DNA of 64,000 nucleotides from Euryarchaeota archaeon UBA182 (GTDB lineage: Archaea; Thermoplasmatota; Poseidoniia; Poseidoniales; Thalassarchaeaceae), in the NCBI GenBank assembly GCA_002495675.1, contig DAGH01000023.1, positions 1,184 through 65,183 of the forward strand, written 5' to 3'. The notes beneath the pieces were generated by a model, which searched no databases, was not told the DNA's origin, and was given only the letters and a program-made list of their open reading frames with translations. This document shows positions 53,655 to 61,433 of the stretch, in pieces. Each line of letters starts with the position of its first letter. Position 1 is the stretch's first letter. The translations under genes and the position numbers were made by a program.

Positions 53655-56428
53655 TCAGCTCCCTCCATGTGTCTTCGTTCTTTGTGCAGCCAAGCGCTGC
53701 CGGCGAGTTTGGGATTTTCTAGATATTCTTGATCCGGAAGGACTTGAACAGTCCAATTCGGATCATTTTCCTCTGGGGGGCCTGTGGCATGCCGATTGAA
53801 TAATTGCCCGTTGTAATAGGCATCTGGATTCGGATCCAACCGCCTTTCTCTGTCTCGTTTTGCGTGATCCTTTGCCCTACGAATTAGTTTATCAGATAGA
53901 GACGTTAGTTCCAGAGAGGGGTTAGGAAGATCCCTGGGATCTTTGATGCCCCGTTGTCTACAGGCTTTCTCTATGGATCTGTACAATCTGTCAGGGGTCA
54001 GGGGCAACTCATTGTTCCTCACTCCAATGGCGTCATAGACTGCATTGCAAACTGCTGGGAGTATGGGAAGAAGGGGGCCCTCTCCAGCCTCCTTGGCACC
54101 AAAAGGCCCCTCTGGATCATTCGACTCGACGATGATGGGGACAACCTCCGGCATTTCATGAACCGTCGGAATCTTGTACCCTAATAGGTCTGGATTGAGG
54201 AGATTGCCAGTCCTTCCATATTGCATTTCTTCAGATATGACCTGTCCCAAACCCATGTGGCAAGATCCAATAATCTGTCCTTCAACTGAAAGTGGATTCA
54301 GTGCCTTGCCGCAGTCATGCGCAGCCCAGACTTTCTCAACCTTGATCCGCCCTGTCTCTATGTCGACATCTACCTCTGCCACATAAGCGGAGAATGAATA
54401 TGCAGGAGCCAGTCCGGCCGCTGCTCCCTTGTGCATCTTCCCCATGGGCGGGGTTCTGTACGACCCGGAGGCGACCAAAGCGCCCTTGTCCTCTTGTGCC
54501 TTGTGAAGCGCTTGGAGGTAAGATACGCCGACAGCGGGGTCCTTCTTGTTGAATATCCTCCTGTCACCTAACACCAAACCAGAGGTTTCCACTCCCGTGA
54601 TTAATGAGGCAGCTTCTATCAATTCAGATCGGATCTCCATTGCCGCGGAAACTGCAGCATTCGCATTCATGAATGTGACTCTGCTGGAGTATGAGCCGAG
54701 GTCCACTGGAGATGTATCCGACTCCTTTGATCTGATCCTAATCATGTCCATGGGAAGACCCAATACTTCAGCGACCGCTTGACCGACTACCGTGTCGGAT
54801 CCTTGTCCGATATCTGCGGCACCGGTATGAATCGTCACTCCTCCGTCCATGTCTATCTTCAGATGTACAGTGGCATGAGGAAACTTGTTGGGATCCCAGT
54901 GTATGGGCAGACCACTTCCGGATATGAAGAATCCACATCCGACACCTATGCCTTTCCCGAGAGGCATCCTTCTGAATTTTTTATCCCACCCTGACTCTTT
55001 TCGGACCCTCTCCAGGCATTCTCTCATTCCGATCGAAGTCACCCTGAAGCCGGTTATTGTCGCAGAATGAGGGGGAAGCAGATTAGCCAGCCTCAGGTCT
55101 ATCGGGTCCACGCCCAACTCTTCCGAAATGTGGTCGATTCCAACTTCGACAGCACACCTAGAGTTCACTGCACCGTGCCCCCTCATGGCCCCACTGGCGG
55201 GCTTATTTGTCCAGACCCTCGCTCCAGTGTAGTGGAATGCTCCAATCTCGTAAGGTGCCGTGTGCAAAACCCCGTTGTAGTAGGTAGTGACATGCCCGAA
55301 CGAGGCAAATCCGCCCCCGTCAATCAAAGCATCAGTTTGAATCCCACTGAATCTCCCCTCCTTGTCGGCATGAATAGCCATCGAGATCCTTGATGGGTGG
55401 CGCCCTCTGTTCGTCCAGAACACCTCCTCTCTGTCAAAGGTGATTCTAACTGGCCTACCGCTTTTTCTTGCAAGAATTGCCGCGCACATCTCGTGGGGAA
55501 ACGGATCCGACTTGCCGCCAAAGCCTCCCCCGACATACGTTCTGTGGACATTTATCTGGTGCATTGGAATGTCCAAGACATCTGCTAAGGCCCTGTGAAC
55601 GTAATGAGGTACTTGTTGTGGGGTGTAGAGGGTTAGTCGACCTCGAGGATCCCAATGAGCGACAACTGCATGCGGCTCGGTAAATCCATGGTTTACCCCC
55701 TTGAAAGTCCACTCATTATCATAAGATGCAATTGAGTTCTTGATGTCTGATATCCTTCCAAATCTTTGGAACACTCTTTTCTGGACATTTGACTCACCTA
55801 TGTGGTACCTTCCCCTGTCATGAATAGGGTCTGGTGAATCTTTGAGCCCGTCCCTCATGTCGAAAATAGGCTCTAGATCTTGGTATTCTATCCGAACTGC
55901 AGCGGCCGCTAGCCTTGCAGTTTCTTCGTCTTCAGCTGCGACACAAGCCACAATATCACCAATGTGCCTGACCTTCTCTAGAGCCATTGCATGCTCATCC
56001 TTAGTGACGGGGAGAACTCCGAAGGCTGATGGCGCGTCGATGCCGGTAGCGGTCGCCAAGACACCCGGAATGGATTCGACATCAGTCATGTCAATAGATA
56101 GTACTTTTGCGTAATGACGGTCGCTTCGTACAAGGCGACCAATTATCTCTCCGGGCAGTCTGACATCGTCACCATACACAGCCTGTCCGGTTACCTTCCA
56201 TCTGCTATCGATCAATGGCGTTCTTTTTCCTATGATCCTACCAGTGACTAAGTTATCATGGCGATGGGGGCCCCATGGTTGGCCCATTTTCCCGCCTTGG
56301 CTCTGAGGAATCATTTCGAGATCCCTTTTTTCCGATTTGGGCGAGGAGCCGCCTGATCCCGGCCTGGTAAAGTCAAGCTTGCCAGGCTGTTGGCGATACC
56401 CGACAATCTCCTTCTTGTCCTCCGGCAT
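53651..56428 (-). CDS. Molybdopterin-binding large subunit of a xanthine dehydrogenase/aldehyde oxidase-family hydroxylase
   Basis: Hammerhead-domain start (GKRTPLIDSRWKVTGQAVYGDD), GGGFGGKSD, SGAMRGHG, and the C-terminal GAKEAGEGPLLPILPAVCNAVYDAIG. I chose the start at ATG 56428, 5 nt after the small-subunit stop; the track GTG at 56518 would overlap it by 86 nt. Confidence 0.9.
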   Translation of the reverse strand: MPEDKKEIVGYRQQPGKLDFTRPGSGGSSPKSEKRDLEMIPQSQGGKMGQPWGPHRHDNLVTGRIIGKRTPLIDSRWKVTGQAVYGDDVRLPGEIIGRLVRSDRHYAKVLSIDMTDVESIPGVLATATGIDAPSAFGVLPVTKDEHAMALEKVRHIGDIVACVAAEDEETARLAAAAVRIEYQDLEPIFDMRDGLKDSPDPIHDRGRYHIGESNVQKRVFQRFGRISDIKNSIASYDNEWTFKGVNHGFTEPHAVVAHWDPRGRLTLYTPQQVPHYVHRALADVLDIPMHQINVHRTYVGGGFGGKSDPFPHEMCAAILARKSGRPVRITFDREEVFWTNRGRHPSRISMAIHADKEGRFSGIQTDALIDGGGFASFGHVTTYYNGVLHTAPYEIGAFHYTGARVWTNKPASGAMRGHGAVNSRCAVEVGIDHISEELGVDPIDLRLANLLPPHSATITGFRVTSIGMRECLERVRKESGWDKKFRRMPLGKGIGVGCGFFISGSGLPIHWDPNKFPHATVHLKIDMDGGVTIHTGAADIGQGSDTVVGQAVAEVLGLPMDMIRIRSKESDTSPVDLGSYSSRVTFMNANAAVSAAMEIRSELIEAASLITGVETSGLVLGDRRIFNKKDPAVGVSYLQALHKAQEDKGALVASGSYRTPPMGKMHKGAAAGLAPAYSFSAYVAEVDVDIETGRIKVEKVWAAHDCGKALNPLSVEGQIIGSCHMGLGQVISEEMQYGRTGNLLNPDLLGYKIPTVHEMPEVVPIIVESNDPEGPFGAKEAGEGPLLPILPAVCNAVYDAIGVRNNELPLTPDRLYRSIEKACRQRGIKDPRDLPNPSLELTSLSDKLIRRAKDHAKRDRERRLDPNPDAYYNGQLFNRHATGPPEENDPNWTVQVLPDQEYLENPKLAGSAWLHKERRHMEGAE

Positions 56429-56432
56429 CAGC

Positions 56433-56999
56433 TCAGCCTCCAAAGCCCGGATCTGGATCACTCGCTGGTCCAGTAATGGGCTTATTCTGAATCCCCTCTG
56501 AGAGAATCTTCGATGCACTCATTATTGAATCGACTATTTGTTGATAGCCAGTGCACCTGCAAAGGTTTCCTTCAATTGCATCCATTGCCTCCTGTCGGGT
56601 TGGGGTGGGATTTGCTTCCAACAAAGCCGCACTTGTGACCAAGAACCCTGGAGTACAAAATCCACATTGACTGCCCCCGCACTCAGCAAACATCTCTTGA
56701 ATGGGATGTAGATGATGTCCATCAGATAGCCCCTCTACTGTGGTTACCTGCCGGTCTTTTGCCTCCAAAGCCAAGGTCATGCATGATAATCTTGGTTCAC
56801 CATCGATTAGCACCGTGCAACACCCACATGTCCCCATGTCACACCCCCTCTTGGTGCCCAGAGATCCAATACCATCCCTAAGCACATCAAGTAGAATGTC
56901 ATGACTTTTGATGATTGTCTGCACTTGTTTCCCATTTACTGACGCAGTCCAGACCTCCACCGGGGGGCTACCTGCCAAAGGGAGCGGATGGGATGCCAT
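56433..56999 (-). CDS. Molybdenum hydroxylase [2Fe-2S] small subunit
   Basis: GCDMGTCGCCTV (plant-type 2Fe-2S) and GGSQCGFCTPG...NLCRCTGY (second 2Fe-2S) are canonical CoxS/XdhC-small motifs. Confidence 0.95.
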   Translation of the reverse strand: MASHPLPLAGSPPVEVWTASVNGKQVQTIIKSHDILLDVLRDGIGSLGTKRGCDMGTCGCCTVLIDGEPRLSCMTLALEAKDRQVTTVEGLSDGHHLHPIQEMFAECGGSQCGFCTPGFLVTSAALLEANPTPTRQEAMDAIEGNLCRCTGYQQIVDSIMSASKILSEGIQNKPITGPASDPDPGFGG

Positions 57000-57040
57000 G
57001 TTCCTCGACTTGCAAGCAGGTGTAAGAGACTTAGGGCTGG

Positions 57041-57739
57041 TCAGCCAATGTCGTCGACCACCTTGGACATCACTGATTGCTCTATGAGTTTGAGATGGCC
57101 CCCCATTGTTGATCTCGCCATGCCCATGCTTTCCGCTAGATCCTTGATCTTGATTCCCCTTTCCTCCGAGTAATAACCCAGCAAAACTGCCTGTCGCAAT
57201 ACTTCAATTTGCCGTTCCGTTAGTATATCTCTCCAGACATCCCCTTCGTTACTCTTTACAGATTGTATGCTGATAGAATCCCATGGCATGGTTATTTTGA
57301 ACAATTCAATTAACCGTTTCATGGAATCTGACCTGCCCGTGAAATTTAGTTCGAGTCCGTCCTTGTCCAATCCGTAAGGTGGGTGTAGGTGTATTTTTTC
57401 CAAATCCAACATCATCATAGGTATGGAATGAGTCAAATTGACCGAAGCGAGGTATGAGCCGGTTTCTTCATCCTTCTCGTGGATTTCCAAGACATCAAAG
57501 GTCGGAATATGATCTATTTTTTCCAACCCACCTTCTTCTGGTATTATTTCGGCAAGGTGCTCAATACCATCTTCACCGAGCTTCATGTGGGCGAGAACCT
57601 CGTATTTGTGCACGACATCCATTAATTGTTTGAATTCAGTTATCCCCTCTAGGTCGGAACGATTCCACCGTAGCCTCAAACGTCGCACGTTATTCAAAAT
57701 AAACTCATTAGTTATGAAATTGAAGGTGAGGGATAACAA
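57041..57739 (-). CDS. HTH_10 (bacterio-opsin activator-type) DNA-binding regulator with an uncharacterised N-terminal domain
   Basis: The C-terminal LTERQIEVLRQAVLLGYYSEERGIKIKDLAESMGMARSTMGGHLKLIEQSVMSKV matches the HTH_10 pattern LTxRQxExLxxAxxxGYY..PR...xxxLAxxLGxSxST. Confidence 0.75.
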   Translation of the reverse strand: MLSLTFNFITNEFILNNVRRLRLRWNRSDLEGITEFKQLMDVVHKYEVLAHMKLGEDGIEHLAEIIPEEGGLEKIDHIPTFDVLEIHEKDEETGSYLASVNLTHSIPMMMLDLEKIHLHPPYGLDKDGLELNFTGRSDSMKRLIELFKITMPWDSISIQSVKSNEGDVWRDILTERQIEVLRQAVLLGYYSEERGIKIKDLAESMGMARSTMGGHLKLIEQSVMSKVVDDIG

Positions 57740-57743
57740 CCGT

Positions 57744-58583
57744 TCATGATCTGGTTCTAGTCATGGATATAATCTCACTACATACCGAGAAAGCGATTTC
57801 TTCGACCGTAACAGCCCCGATTGGAGAACCTATTGGACATCTGACTCCATTCAAACGCTCATCAGAGATGCCTTCATTTCTCGCTGATTTAGTAAACTCC
57901 CTCCACTTCGTTTTGGACCCGATGCAACCCAATCGGAATGGAAGCTCCTCGATATGTGAAAGCAGCCCAATCAGTAGCTTCTGGTCTATCGCCCAATCAT
58001 GGCCAAGCAGAAGGATGTCTGAGAATCGGGATAGACTAGAAGGCGTTTCGACGCTCAAGAATTCATCGGCTTCGGAATGGATCCTCTCTGATGCGTTGGG
58101 GAACATTTCAGGAGATGTAAAGTTCTCACGTTCATCGAAGACACTGTGGTGCCATCCCAGTAGATCACATGCCTCACTGATAGCCTTGGCAACATGCCCA
58201 CCGCCCATCAGGAGGATGTGGGGACAGGGTTCAAACTTCTCGAAAGCCACAGTCACCCGGCCACCACAGAGGCTGTTTAGGTTGGTGGTATCAGGATCAT
58301 TGGATGATCTGGAGAGGACGAATGTCTCTATGCCACCGGGAGACCCATTCAGCATAGCGCTAAGCCTTCCCTCAATTTTTACTTCCAGGCCCGCCCCGCC
58401 GACTGTACCATGTCTAGCACCAGAGGAAGAAAATGCCATTTTCGCTCCTACTTTCGCTGGAACACTTCCGTCCGACTCAATTATCGATGCCATTGCGACG
58501 ATGTTCAACTGTTCGAGTTGATTTAATGCCCACATCAACGTCTTTGAGCCCATAAAAAAACATCCAGAGCGGTGTTCAGACAC
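57744..58583 (-). CDS. xdhC: XdhC/CoxI-family molybdenum cofactor insertion chaperone
   Basis: N-terminal XdhC_CoxI pattern (AMASIIESDGSVPAKVGAKMAFSSSGARHGTVGGAGLE) and Rossmann-like ILLMGGGHVAKAISEACDLLGWHHSVFDERENF. Alternative starts are Met11 or Met17. Confidence 0.85.
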   Translation of the reverse strand: MSEHRSGCFFMGSKTLMWALNQLEQLNIVAMASIIESDGSVPAKVGAKMAFSSSGARHGTVGGAGLEVKIEGRLSAMLNGSPGGIETFVLSRSSNDPDTTNLNSLCGGRVTVAFEKFEPCPHILLMGGGHVAKAISEACDLLGWHHSVFDERENFTSPEMFPNASERIHSEADEFLSVETPSSLSRFSDILLLGHDWAIDQKLLIGLLSHIEELPFRLGCIGSKTKWREFTKSARNEGISDERLNGVRCPIGSPIGAVTVEEIAFSVCSEIISMTRTRS

Positions 58584-58605
58584 CCCTTACAACAACCTGC
58601 AATGA

Positions 58606-59850
58606 TTGGGAAGTGATAAGTCTTGTAGCCTCTTGTCACACCTTGTGAACCCTATATTGGAGACAATCCTAATTTCGATGAGGGATGCATTCCTGGCGGT
58701 CACAGTATTCGTCGCTGTCATGGTCCTTCTGTTCAGTTGGTTGCAGTACCTCACTGCGGGGAGGTTTGTTGATTGGATAAGATCCAGAAAGAAGTGGCAA
58801 CCGGTAATCGGTGCATTGATGGGATCGATCCCAGGTTGTGGAGGCGCTATCATCATCATGCCGATGTTTGCGAAGGGGTACGTCACTTATGGGACTGTTC
58901 TGGCAACCTTGATTGCGACCCTGGGGGATTCTGCCTTCGTGCTGTTCGGGGCCGTGATTCAAGATGATAAATTCCTCACCCCTGTTCTGGTAGTTCATGT
59001 CATCTCATTCCTAGCAGGCGTGATCTGGGGTTATGGAGCGGACTTGCTATCGATTACGCCGGATAATCCCATTGGGCTCAGGTTATCTGCGCATGATTCT
59101 AGCGAATTAGCACATCAAAGAGATCACCAATTCGAAGATTTTGAACAGGGAGATATTATTTCCGACTTAGCCAGGGAGGAGCCCGGTACCCTATCCTACA
59201 AGATAGTTCACAGCGGCTACAAGGTGTGGTGGTTGGTGACAATCAGTGGCCTGATCCTAGGCGTATTGCTCATATTCTGGTTGGCTCAGGACCCAGATTA
59301 CAACCCTGAATTGTCAGCGGACATATCCACGAGAGATGGAATTCTCACCTTTATCGGTGTGACAGGCACGCTTTTGTCATTGGTGTTGTATGTTGCTGGC
59401 AGGAGTTTCATTGCTGACGATACAGAGGCCTCTATCGGGGACAAACTCCATTCATTTGACGAAACCCTGACCCATGCTGCGTCGGAGACGGCATTTGTCA
59501 CGGTGTGGGTCTTGGTGGCGTACTTAGTCTTCGAAGGCCTAATTATCGCCACCGGAATAAGCGAGGCCGACCTCGCTGCAGGGGGGGATGGTCCTTTGGC
59601 CGTGGCAGTGGCTGCCTCAATCGGATTGATCCCTGGATGCGGCCCTCAAATAATCGCATTTACTGCATATGTCGAGGGCATTTTTTCCTTCCCGGCGCTG
59701 GTCGCAAACGCCATATCTCAGGATGGAGATGCCCTCTTTCCCCTATTAGTACGTCATCGGGCCGCTTCCCTATGGGCCACCTTACACACACTGGTACCGG
59801 GATTAATCTGCGGGATGGTCCTGCTATCTTTTGGTGTTGACCTTCCATGA
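58606..59850 (+). CDS. Polytopic permease with an internal two-fold repeat (resembles the putative 10-TM heavy-metal exporter / ArsP_2 family)
   Basis: About 10 hydrophobic helices. The motif is repeated in each half: GSIPGCGGAIIIMPMF and GLIPGCGPQIIAFTAY. There is a central hydrophilic loop of about 70 aa. The start is uncertain (TTG 58606 or ATG 58678). The family assignment is from memory of the motif only. Confidence 0.55.
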   Translation: MGSDKSCSLLSHLVNPILETILISMRDAFLAVTVFVAVMVLLFSWLQYLTAGRFVDWIRSRKKWQPVIGALMGSIPGCGGAIIIMPMFAKGYVTYGTVLATLIATLGDSAFVLFGAVIQDDKFLTPVLVVHVISFLAGVIWGYGADLLSITPDNPIGLRLSAHDSSELAHQRDHQFEDFEQGDIISDLAREEPGTLSYKIVHSGYKVWWLVTISGLILGVLLIFWLAQDPDYNPELSADISTRDGILTFIGVTGTLLSLVLYVAGRSFIADDTEASIGDKLHSFDETLTHAASETAFVTVWVLVAYLVFEGLIIATGISEADLAAGGDGPLAVAVAASIGLIPGCGPQIIAFTAYVEGIFSFPALVANAISQDGDALFPLLVRHRAASLWATLHTLVPGLICGMVLLSFGVDLP

Positions 59851-60420
59851 GCGATATATTTCATGCCATGCCCTCTCTAGAAAAATCACATCCTCGGGAG
59901 TGTCTACATTTATGTGGATGTAGGGGTCGTCAACCTCAAAACGAGAGAATTTGATCAGGTCCTTGAGTGACGAGTGTGGTTTGGCCTCTCTTATGGCGGT
60001 GATACCCCTCCAATCCAACAATACCGGATGACCTCCCCTACCGTCTTTCTTAGGACAGGAGCTTGAATCTGCTTCCATCAAAATTCTGAGTGTTTTTGAG
60101 CTAAAACCCGGCCTGTCAATCGGAGCTAAAATCACTTTTTTCGGCCATCCAAGTGCCTCCAATCCAATTTGAATTGAGCCTGTCCTACCCAGATCTGGTT
60201 CATCGTTCCTTACAAAAATCACAGAATCTGTGTTGAGGTCGCATTCGCCTGAGTTAGGGCCAAGCACGACACAAGTTCTCATACCGTGTTCTATCATGAC
60301 CTCAACCATTCTCGATAGGAGCGTCTGCCCATCCATTTTTATCGAGGCCTTGTCAAAGCCCAATCTTCTGCTCAGACCTCCCGCGAGTATCAAGCAATTC
60401 GGGAGATCCTCATCGATCAT
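59824..60420 (-). CDS. MobA/MocA-family molybdenum cofactor nucleotidyltransferase
   Basis: The N-terminal CLILAGGLSRRLGFDKASIKMDGQTLL matches the LAGGxSxRMGxxK motif. The 198-aa size fits. Its 3' end converges on and overlaps the permease gene by 27 nt. Confidence 0.8.
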   Translation of the reverse strand: MIDEDLPNCLILAGGLSRRLGFDKASIKMDGQTLLSRMVEVMIEHGMRTCVVLGPNSGECDLNTDSVIFVRNDEPDLGRTGSIQIGLEALGWPKKVILAPIDRPGFSSKTLRILMEADSSSCPKKDGRGGHPVLLDWRGITAIREAKPHSSLKDLIKFSRFEVDDPYIHINVDTPEDVIFLERAWHEIYRSWKVNTKR

Positions 60421-60427
60421 AGCGCCA

Positions 60428-61378
60428 CTAACCTATGAATAACTGTGAGACGTAGAAAAAGTATCCAAACAGCAAGAAGGCCCCCAACGGTTTTGATACC
60501 CCCTTGCCTAGGAATATCGACACGCAGATTATCCCAGAACTCCCAAGGAGTACCCAGATGTCTAGAGTTAGGAAAGATTCTGACACAGACAATCCTTGTG
60601 CTACAATTGCTCCAATACCAAGTACGGCCATTACATTGGCCACGTTCGAGCCAAGAATATTTCCGATTGCTACGCCTTGGACCCCACGAATCGAGGCGGT
60701 TATCGTGACCGCCAACTCAGGTAGTGAGGTCCCGAAAGCCACGAGTGTGAGCCCAATAACTGCCTCTGAGACGCCAATCGAAATGGCAAGCCCCACCCCT
60801 CCCTCTATTAGTAGATCTGATCCGTATTTTACCAAAATAAGGCCGACCAAGAATGCGATAATTGCATATGCGTAGCCCTGAGGTATCCAAGAATCCTCTT
60901 CGCCCTCATCGTCGCCCCCCCTTGTTCTAAAGATGTAGGCATAGTATCCCCCCATCCAGATAATGGATAAGACACCGAGCCATACGGGGAACTTTCCTAT
61001 AATCACCGATAGGACGACAAATGCGGTTGCAGCGAGCAACATCAAAGCATCTTGTTTGAGGTCCTTGTCAGGTTGAGATGCGGCACCTATCAACATCGCG
61101 ATGGCTAAAACCAACATAACATTAGCAATATTGGACCCTATCACACCCCCAACAGCCAGATCCACTGCTTCCGGACTACCGCGATTAATCGCATTCAATA
61201 TAACTCCTAGTTCTGGCAGACTTGTCCCAATCGCAACCAGTGTGAAACCAACCAAGAATGAGGGCATACCCAACAAGCCAGCAATTCTTATAGAGCCCTG
61301 AACGACTAATTCGCCCCCTAAAACCAGCAAAACCAGACCGATTGTTAGCAGGACCCCATCTGGAAGTCCCCCGAGCAT
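60428..61378 (-). CDS. Ca2+/cation antiporter (CaCA family, YrbG-like)
   Basis: Two alpha-repeat motifs (GTSLPELGV and GTSLPELAV) followed by GNILGSNVANV-type segments, and about 10 TM helices. I moved the start to Met60 (61378) to remove the overlap with the upstream E1 gene. Confidence 0.85.
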   Translation of the reverse strand: MLGGLPDGVLLTIGLVLLVLGGELVVQGSIRIAGLLGMPSFLVGFTLVAIGTSLPELGVILNAINRGSPEAVDLAVGGVIGSNIANVMLVLAIAMLIGAASQPDKDLKQDALMLLAATAFVVLSVIIGKFPVWLGVLSIIWMGGYYAYIFRTRGGDDEGEEDSWIPQGYAYAIIAFLVGLILVKYGSDLLIEGGVGLAISIGVSEAVIGLTLVAFGTSLPELAVTITASIRGVQGVAIGNILGSNVANVMAVLGIGAIVAQGLSVSESFLTLDIWVLLGSSGIICVSIFLGKGVSKPLGAFLLFGYFFYVSQLFIG

Positions 61379-61433
61379 GCCGCCCCGTGGATCTGATGAG
61401 ATATAAGGAACGGGTGAATTATTCAGTGTTAAA

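Noticed and set aside
53651-56428. Calling the large subunit a carbon monoxide dehydrogenase (CoxL)
   Set aside because: The active-site loop is SGAMRGHGAVN. It lacks both the form I VAYRCSFR and the form II AYRGAGR signatures, so I made only a family-level call.
57763-58521. 252-aa ORF on the plus strand, the longest antisense ORF in the window
   Set aside because: It lies entirely inside xdhC, whose minus-strand translation has clear XdhC/CoxI motifs. The plus-strand product is Ser/Pro-rich low-complexity sequence with no recognisable motif, typical of a shadow ORF.
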